From Acaryochloris thomasi RCC1774 (lineage in GTDB: Bacteria; Cyanobacteriota; Cyanobacteriia; Thermosynechococcales; Thermosynechococcaceae), in contig NZ_PQWO01000028.1 in NCBI RefSeq assembly GCF_003231495.1, positions 19,061 through 51,060 of the forward strand: a stretch of 32,000 bases of DNA, written 5' to 3'. Both the position numbers and the translations under genes were made by a program. Below are positions 6,863 to 16,963 of this stretch, in pieces. The notes under the pieces were generated by a model that worked only from the letters and a program-made list of their open reading frames with translations, made no database searches and was not told where the DNA came from. Each line of letters opens with the position of its first letter. The first letter of the stretch is position 1.

Positions 6863-9223
6863 TTACACCGCACAGTGAGCAATGGTTACGCCTGTGCCCC
6901 CCTCAGATTGTTCAGCGAACTCATAGCGTTCGACTCGGGGATGCTGCTTCAAGTATGCCTGCACACCTGCACGCAACTTTCCGGTGCCGTGGCCGTGAAT
7001 AATCCAGAGAGAGCCGTGGGCCTGTGCGATCGCATCATCTAAAACCCGCTCAGCATCAGCGACCCGTGATCCGCGAAGGTCCAGCGTATTTTCAGACGTC
7101 CGTACTGTCAACGGTTTGGGAGCCGGAGGTGCAGGGGCCGGCTTCGGCTTTGGCTCTACCTTCTCACCCGTCATTGATTCAATCTCGGTCACACTAACCG
7201 TCATTTTCATCAGACCAAAGCGTACCGTCACCTCATCTGCATCTGGGGCTAGACCAATCACCTCCGCCTTTTGTCCAATACTGGGAATCCGCACGCGGTC
7301 GCCCATCTGTGGCTTAAAAGTCGGCACCTTTGCCTTTGCAACAGGCTTCTGAGACGGGAGGCGCTGCTGCGTTACCTGCTCCAGTTTCTGAGTCGCCTCC
7401 TGCGCAGCCTGAGCCGTCATCGGTCCCTGCTGCAGTTGCCGAATAACCTTGGCAATCTCTTTGCGAGCAATCTTAATTTCATGCTGAATCGCTCGCTCCT
7501 GCTGCTGCCTCAGTTCTCGCTCTCGCGCTTTGAGTTCAGAAGCCTTGTCAGAAACCTTTTGATGGAGTTGCTCCGTACTTTGGAGCAAGCGTGCCGCTGC
7601 CTGCGCCTTGGTTTCCTGCTGTCGCCGCTGATCTTCAAGACCAGCAATCACTTCGTTGACTTCCTGGGTACCCCCACCAATGGACTGCTGGGCCTGATCA
7701 AGAATGGACTCTCGAAATCCAAGACGTTTGGCAATGATCAGGGCGTTCGAGCGCCCTGGAATACCCCACAGCAAGCGATAGGTGGGCGAGAGGGTTTGGT
7801 CATTGAATTCAACCGAGGCATTTTCAAATCTTGGGTCTTGGTATTTAAGCGCTTTGAGTTCACCAAAGTGAGTTGTGGCAACCGTAAGCTGAGCGTGATC
7901 AGCCAGGTGCTGCAGAAGTGCGATCGCCAACGCACTTCCTTCTAATGGATCAGTCCCGGCCCCGACCTCATCCAGTAATACTAGAGAGCGATCCGTCAGA
8001 CTTTCAATGATGGATTGAATCCGCCGAATATGACCTGAGAAAGTAGATAGGCTCTGCTGCAGAGATTGCTCATCGCCAATATCGGCCAGCACCTGATCGA
8101 ACCACGGCAGCTCAACCGGTTCTTGAGCCGGGACGAACAAACCCACCTTTGCCATTAGGAACGCCAGCCCTAGCGTCTTCAAGGTGACGGTTTTGCCGCC
8201 GGTATTGGGGCCGGTAATCGCGACAACCCTAATCTGGGGCGAGACCACCACGTTGATAGGCACAACAGGATCGCCTTGCTCATGATTCTGCTGCCAAACC
8301 AAAAGAGGATGGCGAAGCTGCCGCAGCGTTAAAGGTTCTTCTGAATCAACAAATCGAGGCTGGTTAGCCCCCAGCCAATAGCCATAGCGCGCCCGCGCTG
8401 CGGCCAGGTCTAACGTAGTTACAATCATGACCAGATGTTCAAGGTCAGCCTGGACCTCTGCGACCTTTTCCGTCAGACGCCGCCGAATGGCCTCTGATTC
8501 AGCCTCTGCTCTTCGCTTAAGTTGGCGCAGTTGATTATTGAGGTTGACCGTAGACTGTGGCTCGATATAGAGCGTCACCCCACTGGTGGACGTATCGTGA
8601 ACAATACCAGGGATGGCATCTTTCTGAGGTGCCTTCACAGGCAGAACAAAGCGATCGCCCCGTTGTGTAACCAACTGTTCCTGAAGCGCCCCTGCCTTGC
8701 GCTGCAGCAAACTCTGCAGAACTTTCTGAATCTGAGCGTGGGTCTGACGCTGTTTGGCACGGATTCCGACCAACTTCTCACTAGCGCGGTCAGCAACATC
8801 TCCTCGATCATCAATACAGTGATGAATTTCCTGTTCTAGTTCCGGGTAAGTTCTCAGATCAGCCACCAGGCGATTGAGTGCAAGAAGCTCAGGCTGGCGA
8901 TCAATCAGGCGTCGCAGCTGCCGGGTGCCAGCGAGGGTGGTCGCCAACTGCAGCAATTCTTCACCACTGAGAACGCCCTGCTTTTCGGAGCGCTCCAAAG
9001 CCGCTCGGATATCGTAGATGCCATTAAAGACCAGCGGCGTCAACAGCCGATTTTCTAAGTCATAGACCTCTCGGGTCTGATTGAGAAGCGTCTGACTCTC
9101 AGACAGTTGCCCCGGAATCTCCAATGCCTGTGCTGCGGCAACCCCTAACTTTGTTGCAGCGAAAGTCGATAGGTGCTGGCACAGACGCGGCCATTCCAGC
9201 AAATCCAGAGTTTTGACAGGCAT
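6863..9223 (-). CDS. mutS2: Endonuclease MutS2 (MutS domain V ATPase plus C-terminal Smr domain)
   Basis: ORF-track frame 6863..9262, which begins with GTG. I prefer ATG at 9223 (MPVKTLDLLEWPRLCQHL, the typical MutS2 start). Walker A ITGPNTGGKTVTLKT, LVLLDEVGAGTDP, TTHFGELK. Smr domain: LDLRGSRVADAERVLDDAI...LWIIHGHGTGKLRAGV. Confidence 0.92.
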   Translation of the reverse strand: MPVKTLDLLEWPRLCQHLSTFAATKLGVAAAQALEIPGQLSESQTLLNQTREVYDLENRLLTPLVFNGIYDIRAALERSEKQGVLSGEELLQLATTLAGTRQLRRLIDRQPELLALNRLVADLRTYPELEQEIHHCIDDRGDVADRASEKLVGIRAKQRQTHAQIQKVLQSLLQRKAGALQEQLVTQRGDRFVLPVKAPQKDAIPGIVHDTSTSGVTLYIEPQSTVNLNNQLRQLKRRAEAESEAIRRRLTEKVAEVQADLEHLVMIVTTLDLAAARARYGYWLGANQPRFVDSEEPLTLRQLRHPLLVWQQNHEQGDPVVPINVVVSPQIRVVAITGPNTGGKTVTLKTLGLAFLMAKVGLFVPAQEPVELPWFDQVLADIGDEQSLQQSLSTFSGHIRRIQSIIESLTDRSLVLLDEVGAGTDPLEGSALAIALLQHLADHAQLTVATTHFGELKALKYQDPRFENASVEFNDQTLSPTYRLLWGIPGRSNALIIAKRLGFRESILDQAQQSIGGGTQEVNEVIAGLEDQRRQQETKAQAAARLLQSTEQLHQKVSDKASELKARERELRQQQERAIQHEIKIARKEIAKVIRQLQQGPMTAQAAQEATQKLEQVTQQRLPSQKPVAKAKVPTFKPQMGDRVRIPSIGQKAEVIGLAPDADEVTVRFGLMKMTVSVTEIESMTGEKVEPKPKPAPAPPAPKPLTVRTSENTLDLRGSRVADAERVLDDAIAQAHGSLWIIHGHGTGKLRAGVQAYLKQHPRVERYEFAEQSEGGTGVTIAHCAV

Positions 9224-9358
9224 TCTAGACCTAAAACAGCTAACAGAATTATCGTGACACACTCCTACGCTAGACGCTATGTGGGACAGACGCTACAAGG
9301 GTCAAAAGACCGCTAATCAGATCGACGAGGAAAATTTCTCTTCAAGATGCTTAACATT

Positions 9359-9387
9359 TTGTAAAGATTGGGTATACTGGGTATTAA
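9359..9387 (+). promoter_or_regulatory. Candidate sigma70-type promoter for ndhD (TTGTAA-N17-TATTAA)
   Basis: -35-like TTGTAA at 9359-9364, a 17-nt spacer, and -10-like TATTAA at 9382-9387, about 150 nt upstream of ndhD. This is a pattern match only. Confidence 0.3.
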
Positions 9388-9538
9388 TTCTTATTGCAAG
9401 CGTTTTTGATTAGCGTAGCCACCGTTCAGGCAACCTGAGCTGGGGTAGCCCAAAGATGGTTTCGTTGGTCTGTTCAGCAAGATACTCTCTTAGCTCAAAC
9501 CTATAAACCGCCTCAATTCTCTGACCGCCCTAGCGTCG

Positions 9539-11161
9539 ATGATTATGCTTACTCAAATTCCTTGGCTTACGGTTTTAATCGCCTTTCCTTTAGTGAGTGC
9601 GATCGCAATTCCCATCCTTCCAGATCCAAACGGGAAAACGACTCGCTGGTACGCCCTCTCTACGGCCTTAATTGAACTGGCCCTAATGGTTTACGCCTTC
9701 TGGGGAAACTACACCTTTAGCCTTGCAGACCTTCAGCTCACAGAGACCTACCCGTGGGTCCCACAAATTGGCCTCAATTGGTCTCTAGCCGTTGACGGCC
9801 TTTCAATGCCGCTGATTCTGCTGACGGGCTTCATCAACGCATTAGCAATCTTCGCCGCCTGGAACGTCACGAAAAAGACAAAACTGTTCTACTGTTTGAT
9901 GCTAGTTCTGCTCAGTGCTCAGATTGGAGTCTTCGCCGCTCAAGATATGCTCCTGTTTTTCCTGATGTGGGAGATTGAGCTGATTCCGGTCTATCTACTG
10001 ATTTCGATTTGGGGCGGACCGCAGCGTCAGTACGCCGCCACTAAGTTCATTCTTTACACAGCCGTTGGCTCCATCTTTATTTTGGTCGCTGGCCTAGCAA
10101 TGGCTTTCTATGGCGACACCACCACCTTTGATATGGCAGCATTGGCTCAAAAGCATTATCCGCTGGCCTTTGAGATGCTTAGCTACATTGGTCTTCTGAT
10201 TGCCTTCGGCGTCAAGCTACCAATCTTCCCATTCCACACATGGCTACCTGATGCCCACGGTGAAGCCTCTGCTCCCGTCTCAATGGTTTTAGCTGGAGTT
10301 CTCCTGAAGATGGGAGGCTATGGATTGATTCGTATGAACGTCCAAATGCTGCCCCACGCTCACATTCACTTAGCCCCTATATTGGCAGTCCTAGGCGTAG
10401 TCAACATTGTCTACGGGGCATTGAACGCCTTCAGCCAAGCTAACTTGAAACGTTGTCTGGCCTGCTCGTCTATCTCTCACATGGGATTCGTTCTGATCGG
10501 CATCGCCACCTTGAGCAACCTGGGTCTCAATGGAGCAGTCCTCCAGATGGTCTCGCACGGACTGATTGCAGCCTCACTCTTCTTCCTCGCTGGGATTATC
10601 TACGATCGCACCCACACCCTCACGATTGAGAAAATGGGTGGCATGGCAAAGCTAATGCCCACAGTCTTCGCTTTATTCACGATTAGCGGCATGGCGTCAT
10701 TGGCGCTACCCGGCATGAGTGGCTTCGTGGGTGAGCTAACGATCTTCCTGGGTGTAGCGAACACAACGGTCTACACCGCTTCCTTCAAATTGATGGTGAT
10801 CTTGTTAGCGGCGGTTGGCTTGATTTTGACCCCTATTTATCTGCTATCCATGCTGCGCCGCGTGTTCTACGGCAAAGCAGGTGATATTGCATCTTCTGCC
10901 TGGATTGATGCCCAGCCTCGAGAAGTCTTCATCACCATCTGCCTATTGCTACCGATTATTGGGATTGGTCTCTATCCCAAAATAGTGATGCAGACCTACG
11001 ATGTAACGACGATGGCCATTGCCCAGAATCTAGAGCAAGAAGTGACGGTTGTTGCGCAGCAAGGTCATTTTTCCAGTGCGCTGGCGCTTCAAGAATTTCA
11101 TGCCCCTGACCTATCTACTTCTGGTCAAAAAATCATGGGAGTTATGAATCCAGCTCGATAG
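9539..11161 (+). CDS. ndhD: NAD(P)H-quinone oxidoreductase (NDH-1) subunit 4
   Basis: 540 aa polytopic membrane protein. [15 protein letters not shown]...[59 protein letters not shown] are the NuoM/NdhD family signature. The paralog class (D1-D4) cannot be assigned by eye. Confidence 0.9.
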   Translation: MIMLTQIPWLTVLIAFPLVSAIAIPILPDPNGKTTRWYALSTALIELALMVYAFWGNYTFSLADLQLTETYPWVPQIGLNWSLAVDGLSMPLILLTGFINALAIFAAWNVTKKTKLFYCLMLVLLSAQIGVFAAQDMLLFFLMWEIELIPVYLLISIWGGPQRQYAATKFILYTAVGSIFILVAGLAMAFYGDTTTFDMAALAQKHYPLAFEMLSYIGLLIAFGVKLPIFPFHTWLPDAHGEASAPVSMVLAGVLLKMGGYGLIRMNVQMLPHAHIHLAPILAVLGVVNIVYGALNAFSQANLKRCLACSSISHMGFVLIGIATLSNLGLNGAVLQMVSHGLIAASLFFLAGIIYDRTHTLTIEKMGGMAKLMPTVFALFTISGMASLALPGMSGFVGELTIFLGVANTTVYTASFKLMVILLAAVGLILTPIYLLSMLRRVFYGKAGDIASSAWIDAQPREVFITICLLLPIIGIGLYPKIVMQTYDVTTMAIAQNLEQEVTVVAQQGHFSSALALQEFHAPDLSTSGQKIMGVMNPAR

Positions 11162-11224
11162 ATAAATCTTTCTAGAAAAGGATTGGGGATAAACCAAACC
11201 GTCACTCTCAAATTTTCAAAACGA

Positions 11225-11260
11225 AGCTGGCAGCGGATCTAAACCGTTGTCAGCTTTTTA
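11225..11260 (+). terminator. Probable intrinsic terminator downstream of ndhD
   Basis: AGCTGGCA (11225-11232) pairs with TGTCAGCT (11248-11255) with one G-U pair, followed by TTTTT. Confidence 0.45.
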
Positions 11261-11321
11261 GTTGGTAGAGATCCCGTCAAATCACATTGCAGCGATTTGG
11301 GGTTGGTCAGTGACCCTCACC

Positions 11322-14300
11322 TCACACGGCCAACGCTTTTGGAAGTTCAATATCAAAACCCTGCACATAATTGACGCTGATGCTCTGAAGTTTTTCTCGA
11401 ATCTCTACACTGCTAACGAATTCAGCAATCGTTTGCAGCCCCATCACATGCCCAATATGGTTGATGGATTCCACAATCGCATAGGTCGCCGGGTCATCTG
11501 CCAGGTCATCCATAAACCCACCATCAATCTTGAGATAATCGACGGGCAATGTTTTGAGATAGGCGAAAGATGACATGCCTGCCCCAAAGTCATCGAGCGC
11601 AAACGAACAGCCCAATTCCTTGATCTCCTTCATAAAGCTAACGGCTTGGCCCAAGTTGGAGATAATCGCCGTTTCCGTAATTTCAAAGCAAATCCACTGG
11701 GCCGCCTCTGGATGTTGCCCCAATTGCTGCTTCAGGAAGTGAAGGAATTGCCCATCCCCCACACTCGCCCCGGATAGGTTAATCATATATTGGGTAGGCT
11801 GTGCCTTCTGTTCCTTGCTCATATGTAAACGAGGATAAAAGTCGTTCAGGAACTTACTAATCACCCATTTATCAACCTCTAAGATGAGATTGTAGCGTTC
11901 TGCTGCCGGAATAAACTCCCCTGCCGTAACCACCCTATTCTGCTCATCAATCATCCGCAGCAAAATTTCACAGAAGTATTGCTTTCCAGAATTCTCTATC
12001 GTTGGGACGATTGCCTGACCATATAAACAGAAAAGATCATCCTCCAGCGCTTGCTTAATCCGTACGCTCCACTGCTGTTCTCCACGCTGTTGTAAGAGGG
12101 TTGCATCATCATCCTGATACACTTGAATGCGATTGCGGCCCTTGGCCTTCGCTGCATAGCAGGCTGCATCAGCAGCCCCCACAATGCTCTCTAGGTCAGC
12201 ACTCTCTTGATCTATAGTCACGAGGCCAATGCTTGCTCCAATGCTAAACGCTTTATTGTTCCATTGAAATCTAAAGGATTGAATCGCTTGGCGTAGGTTT
12301 TCCGCAATCTCAGTCGCCCGCTCCAACGGACATTGATGAAGGAGAATTGCAAACTCATCTCCTCCTAAGCGAGCTAGAACATCTGTTACCCGAATGGCCT
12401 GTTGCAAAAGCTTCGACACCTGACGGAGTACTTCATCACCCGCTGCGTGGCCACAGGTATCATTGATAACCTTGAACTGGTCAAGGTCCAAAAAGCAAAG
12501 CACATGCTGCTGTGCCTCTTCTTGAGATACCTGCAGTGCGTGGAGGAGGATCTGTTCAAATTTGCGACGATTGGCAAGGCCGGTCAATGGATCATGACTG
12601 GCCTGCCATGAGAGCTGACGGGTGAGATTACGAGAATGAGTCACATCATGAAAAACCATAACGGCCCCGATAACCTGACCATCTCGGTCTTGAATGGGGG
12701 CTGCAGAATCCTCAATTGCATATTCAGTTCCATTACGAGCCACTAGAACCGTGTGGTTGGCTAGACCCACCACACGGTCTTCCCGCAATGCTTTTTGAAT
12801 AGGGTTCTCGGCAGGCTGCCGCGTTTCTTCATGGACAAGGTGAAAGACCTCAGCGAGGGGGCGTCCTTGTGTCTCCGACGTTTTCCACCCTGTAAGGTGT
12901 TCTGCCACTGGATTGAAGTGGTAGATATTTCCCTGGGTATCGGTGGTGATGACGGCATCACCAATGGACTCCAGCGTTACCTGCGCCAGTTCTTTCTCTC
13001 GAAATAGGTCTTTCTCTGCCTGCTTAAGAGCCGTGATATCCCGAGCAACCCAGAGAATAGCCTGTCCAGCTAACGGAGAGATATTGGCTGAATACCACCG
13101 TTCTCGACCGCACATAGAGAGTTTGTACTCAAATTGAACCGATGTATCAGTGGCCATAACCTGCTGTATCTTTTGTCCTGGTACTGTCTCAGCGCTGTCC
13201 CAAAGATATTCAAGGGTTTGACTGGCTAAGTCGCTAGAACAATCATCCTCAATTTTTGGCGTCGTGGGAGCGATATCAATTCCGGTAATCGTATTGTCCT
13301 GGATGGTACAGATCAGAACTAAATCATGCATGGCTTCAAAGACAGAGCGCATTTGCTGTTCTGAGCCACGCAGTCTCATTTCGAGATTTTTTCGGGTACT
13401 GATGTCTTGAATTTGAGAGATAAAGCAGAGGGGGTGAGCCTGATGATCGCGCACCAATGAAACACTCAATAGAACCCAAACGATGTGGCCTTGCTTATGG
13501 AGATATCGCTTCTCCATCTGATAAGTCGTGATGTCTCCAGCCAACATTTTCGTGACGTGGCTAAGATCTGTCCCTAAATCGTCGGGGTAAGTAATGGTCT
13601 GAAAATCTAGATCCAGCAGCTCTGCCGCGCTGTAGCCAACAAGGTCACAAATAGCCTGGTTCACCTGCAGCCAGCGTCCGTCAGGTGCAACTAAAGCCAT
13701 ACCAATGGCAGCTTCTTCAAAGGCAAGGCGAAACAGCTCTTCACTAGCTTTGAGCTTCGCTTTTGCCTGAACCAGATCGCTAATATCTCGCTGAATGACC
13801 AGAATGTAGGGAGCTTTACCCAAGGTATCAGCAATGATGGAGCAAGCGCAGTCTACCGAGAGGGTGGAACCATTGCGACACAGTACCTCCATTTCTTTCC
13901 GAGAGGTTCCGTGTTTTAGCAAAGACTCAAAATCTTTGGCATGCATCTCTGGGGAACCCGTCACCAAGCAATTCGGTAATGATTTCCCTGCGAGTTCCGC
14001 TTTTGTATACCCCAATCGCTGGATAACTGCTGTATTTACAGTTTGAATCTCCCCTTTCATATTCAGGACAAAGAGCAAATCAGGGGCAAACTCAAATAAC
14101 ATTCGGTATCGCTGCTCACTAGCCTTAAAAGCAAGGGTACTGAGCGACACCCTCTCTTCTAATTCACGATTGAGGTGCTGGAGGTCTGTCTCCGCCTGTT
14201 TTCTACTGCTGATATCCTCAAGAACCACAATCAGGTAATCCGATTCACCGGAGGGCCGAGTTGCGGCAGAGACGGTGACATTCCCCCAGAAAGTGGAGCT

Positions 14301-15569
14301 GTCTTGACGGTAGTATCGCTTCTCTTGGGCAAAAGAGGAGATATCTCCTCGAATCAGCTTCTGAAGGTCATCGAGGCCAGCTTCTTTATCTTCTTCAAAG
14401 GTCAATTCTGTAAAGTGTTTATTGAGCAGATCAGCTGCTGAGTAGCCTAGGACTTGGGAAAAACGTTGGTTGATGGCGATAAAGTATCCATCAAGATTGA
14501 TATGGGCAATACCCACTGCAGCTTGCTCAAAGGTGGCTCGAAATTTCTCCTGACAGACTAGCAGTGATGATTCACTTGTTTGCACCTGTGTTTCTAAATT
14601 CAAGTTGCGTTCCTGCAGCAGCTTGACCCGTTCATCTTGGAGTTGCTCTACCTGTTGCTGCAGCATCTCAATGGTTGAGGTCATCTCTTGCGGGTCTAGC
14701 ACCGATAAGATGCTGGTTTGGGTGATTAGACCTGCAAGAATCCCCTGATCATTGACCACGACTAAGCGCCGAACATGGAGCTGCTGCATTTTCTGCTGGA
14801 CTTCCCAAAGCTGATCTTCAGGATGTAAGCACTCCAGCGGCGAACTCATGGCCGTTTCAGCAAGAAGGGTCGTCAGATTCAGCTCTAGTCGTTGGATTTG
14901 AACAATGTCATATTCAGTGATGATGCCCTGGGGAGAATGGGCTTCAGAAATCTGAATTACCACGCAGCTCACCCGATGGATCGCCATCAACTGAGCCACT
15001 TCGATGACGGGGGTGCTGGGAGCAGCAGTGATAATTTGAGTGGCCATCACCTCTGCTACCTGCCTTCGCTTGAGCAGTGCCGAGGCGGGCAAGGCTTGCC
15101 GGAGACGAGCAGAGGTAATCACCCCGACGACTTCATCCTGATCATTAAGAACAGGTAAGTGCCGAATGCGATACTGGCGCATCAGGTTGACAGGCGTAAA
15201 GACATCCTTGATCTCTGAGGCATTGAGGGTGATAACAGAGGTACTCATCACCTCCAGAGCCATCATCTCGGCAAAACAAGCCCCCTCCGCTATCTTCTTC
15301 ACTAAATCCCGTTCGGTGAGAATACCCAGCAGCTTATCTTCCATCATCACCAAGGCATAGCTGCGCCGCTGATCTGATGTAGCTTCTCCTGAAGCCAAGG
15401 CTAAGGTACAGACAGTGGATGATTGACTCATGTTCACCACTACGTCCTTAAGCAAGGTCATAGCAGTCACCGTCAAGGGGTGTGGATCCATCCCCAATTG
15501 CTCTTGGAGATTGAGGGAGGGTGAATCTGGCTGGCTTGAAGGCAAGGATGAGCTAGTACGAGAAAGCAT
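11322..15569 (-). CDS. Multidomain c-di-GMP signalling protein: CBS pairs, coiled coil, about five PAS/PAC, GGDEF, EAL
   Basis: 1415 aa. The N-terminal CBS-type repeats include IRHLPVLNDQDEVVGVIT and VRRLVVVNDQGILAGLIT. PAS/PAC modules repeat (e.g. FEQAAVGIAHINLDG, FEEAAIGMALVAPDG, LESIGDAVITTD). The GGDEF site is intact (ARLGGDEFAILL). The EAL domain has the EIL variant (CEILLRM), FEITE, DDFGAGMSSFAYLK, KIDGGF. Confidence 0.9.
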   Translation of the reverse strand: MLSRTSSSLPSSQPDSPSLNLQEQLGMDPHPLTVTAMTLLKDVVVNMSQSSTVCTLALASGEATSDQRRSYALVMMEDKLLGILTERDLVKKIAEGACFAEMMALEVMSTSVITLNASEIKDVFTPVNLMRQYRIRHLPVLNDQDEVVGVITSARLRQALPASALLKRRQVAEVMATQIITAAPSTPVIEVAQLMAIHRVSCVVIQISEAHSPQGIITEYDIVQIQRLELNLTTLLAETAMSSPLECLHPEDQLWEVQQKMQQLHVRRLVVVNDQGILAGLITQTSILSVLDPQEMTSTIEMLQQQVEQLQDERVKLLQERNLNLETQVQTSESSLLVCQEKFRATFEQAAVGIAHINLDGYFIAINQRFSQVLGYSAADLLNKHFTELTFEEDKEAGLDDLQKLIRGDISSFAQEKRYYRQDSSTFWGNVTVSAATRPSGESDYLIVVLEDISSRKQAETDLQHLNRELEERVSLSTLAFKASEQRYRMLFEFAPDLLFVLNMKGEIQTVNTAVIQRLGYTKAELAGKSLPNCLVTGSPEMHAKDFESLLKHGTSRKEMEVLCRNGSTLSVDCACSIIADTLGKAPYILVIQRDISDLVQAKAKLKASEELFRLAFEEAAIGMALVAPDGRWLQVNQAICDLVGYSAAELLDLDFQTITYPDDLGTDLSHVTKMLAGDITTYQMEKRYLHKQGHIVWVLLSVSLVRDHQAHPLCFISQIQDISTRKNLEMRLRGSEQQMRSVFEAMHDLVLICTIQDNTITGIDIAPTTPKIEDDCSSDLASQTLEYLWDSAETVPGQKIQQVMATDTSVQFEYKLSMCGRERWYSANISPLAGQAILWVARDITALKQAEKDLFREKELAQVTLESIGDAVITTDTQGNIYHFNPVAEHLTGWKTSETQGRPLAEVFHLVHEETRQPAENPIQKALREDRVVGLANHTVLVARNGTEYAIEDSAAPIQDRDGQVIGAVMVFHDVTHSRNLTRQLSWQASHDPLTGLANRRKFEQILLHALQVSQEEAQQHVLCFLDLDQFKVINDTCGHAAGDEVLRQVSKLLQQAIRVTDVLARLGGDEFAILLHQCPLERATEIAENLRQAIQSFRFQWNNKAFSIGASIGLVTIDQESADLESIVGAADAACYAAKAKGRNRIQVYQDDDATLLQQRGEQQWSVRIKQALEDDLFCLYGQAIVPTIENSGKQYFCEILLRMIDEQNRVVTAGEFIPAAERYNLILEVDKWVISKFLNDFYPRLHMSKEQKAQPTQYMINLSGASVGDGQFLHFLKQQLGQHPEAAQWICFEITETAIISNLGQAVSFMKEIKELGCSFALDDFGAGMSSFAYLKTLPVDYLKIDGGFMDDLADDPATYAIVESINHIGHVMGLQTIAEFVSSVEIREKLQSISVNYVQGFDIELPKALAV

Positions 15570-15940
15570 GACGCGGCACTATGACTAAGTGATCTGAGAG
15601 ATCTTCTAGAAGAATTTTGCAGCTTGCGTTATCAGTCTTATGAATCTCAATTGCCCCAACATTGCTGATGAAGAGTATCGCAGTTTTATGGAAAGTTCAT
15701 GAGGATCTTAGAACGTAGGACCCTATTTCATATACGAGGAGTCACGTTGAACAAGATAGTTTGATTGAAAAGAAATTAGTGTATAGGTTTTAGCGATTTA
15801 ACACATCGCTGAAATCTTTTTTCTCAAAGTGGTCTTGATAATTATCCGGCAGAAAATTTTCATTTACTTAATTAATATTGGAGAGGCATAAGCAACGTTA
15901 GTCTCCGTTGAGCTACAGCAATTTTTTCTTTTTGGGCAGC

Positions 15941-15980
15941 CTCCTGAGACGTGACCTATCTCAGGAGCCTATTTTTGTTG
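15941..15980 (+). terminator. Orphan intrinsic-terminator-like hairpin in a gene-poor region
   Basis: CTCCTGAGA (15941-15949) pairs with TCTCAGGAG (15959-15967), a 9-bp stem with a 9-nt loop, followed by CCTATTTTTGTTG. No annotated plus-strand gene lies upstream. Confidence 0.4.
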
Positions 15981-16320
15981 TCTTTAAACGTCTAACAGGG
16001 GATTCGCTGGTTCTGTACGCACTAACTTGGAGGGTTATCTTGAGGATACCCATTTAAATCCGTAATATTACTGAGTTAGTGCTGACCGGTGAACAGTGTG
16101 GTTATCTTGCTGATATCTTGTCTAAGGTGCGATCGCACCATCGGCTATCTCTCTCTACCCACAACAAAAAACGGTCAGGTATTCCAGAGGAATTGACGAG
16201 GAATTGACACCGAAAAATCAGCCTTCAAAATGTAGGCACTACTTTTGGTTGTAAAACTTCAGTGGGTGAATTAGGCAGCAGCACTCAGACTTGATAGCCC
16301 TCGCCAGCTTTCAAATTTCA

Positions 16321-16449
16321 GATGGCCTCATAGGTCACCTCAACGCCCCGATACAACATCATTTTCTGAGTGTCTCTGAAGCCAAGAGGGAAAGCGCAGT
16401 ATAGCCAGATGCCATAAGACATAATCTCGGCTGAAAAGCGGTGTTGGTT
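16321..16449 (-). mobile_element. Relic of an IS6-family-like transposase N-terminus (about 43 codons, then a stop)
   Basis: Hand translation of the minus strand gives NQHRFSAEIMSYGIWLYCAFPLGFRDTQKMMLYRGVEVTYEAI*. This resembles the RHRFPAEII.HAVWLY.RF.LS.RDVEE.L.ERG..VSYETIR.W block of one IS6-family group, as I recall it. There is no start, it stops prematurely, and no DDE region follows. Confidence 0.45.
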
Positions 16450-16522
16450 AAGGGCAATGCTCCTGACCTAAGCATGGCATAGGCTTGAAAGCGGTGCCAT
16501 ATCAGCTAAGTTGTCAGTGCAA

Positions 16523-16912
16523 TTAAGGCTTTTTCTCTAGTGCTTCCAGACGATTACTTATCCCAGCTAACGTCGACTTCAACTCAAGATGATTCTCATT
16601 GAGTTGCTGCTCTAATGCCTCAAACCGTGGGTCAACAGTGCGCTCAACAGCAAAACTGAACGTGCTAGCCAGTATCCCCCATGCACCACCAAGGACGGCT
16701 AACAGTACTGCGATGCCTGCAGCGTTGGCTTGGGAGTAGCTGATTAGTTTAGCCAGCGGATTTTGAACGTGGTTATTGGCGTCTTGCATCGTTGTGATGG
16801 GGATGGATAGCTTTATCTTAGCTTGACAAGGAATCAATGAACGACTCGCAATAGATGCCGCTATTTGTATACCGTCCAAAGTTGAGTTGTCGGTGCTTTT
16901 TAGTTTGCTCAC
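16523..16912 (-). CDS. Hypothetical small membrane protein (one TM helix plus C-terminal coiled coil)
   Basis: 129-aa ORF from GTG 16912, with an alternative ATG at 16789. Hydrophobic segment AAGIAVLLAVLGGAWGILASTF, then a heptad-like EALEQQLNENHLELKSTLAGISNRLEALEK. Same strand as pdxA and 52 nt downstream of it. I recognised no family. Confidence 0.45.
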   Translation of the reverse strand: MSKLKSTDNSTLDGIQIAASIASRSLIPCQAKIKLSIPITTMQDANNHVQNPLAKLISYSQANAAGIAVLLAVLGGAWGILASTFSFAVERTVDPRFEALEQQLNENHLELKSTLAGISNRLEALEKKP

Positions 16913-16963
16913 CCATAGAGAGATCTAAAACGGTGTCGAAAATATTGACCCACAGAATCAAGG

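Noticed and set aside
7271-7945. 224-aa plus-strand ORF inside mutS2, and similar antisense ORFs (8522..8839, 12402..12611, 14175..14441, 17489..17851, 19282..19836, 27103..27504 and others)
   Set aside because: All lie antisense to, or out of frame within, strongly supported conserved genes, and their products are low-complexity and Leu/Arg/Ser-rich.
9224-9262. 13-codon GTG-initiated extension of mutS2
   Set aside because: The ATG at 9223 gives the conserved MutS2 N-terminus (MPVKTLDLLEWPRL). The extension (CHDNSVSCFRSR) looks non-coding.
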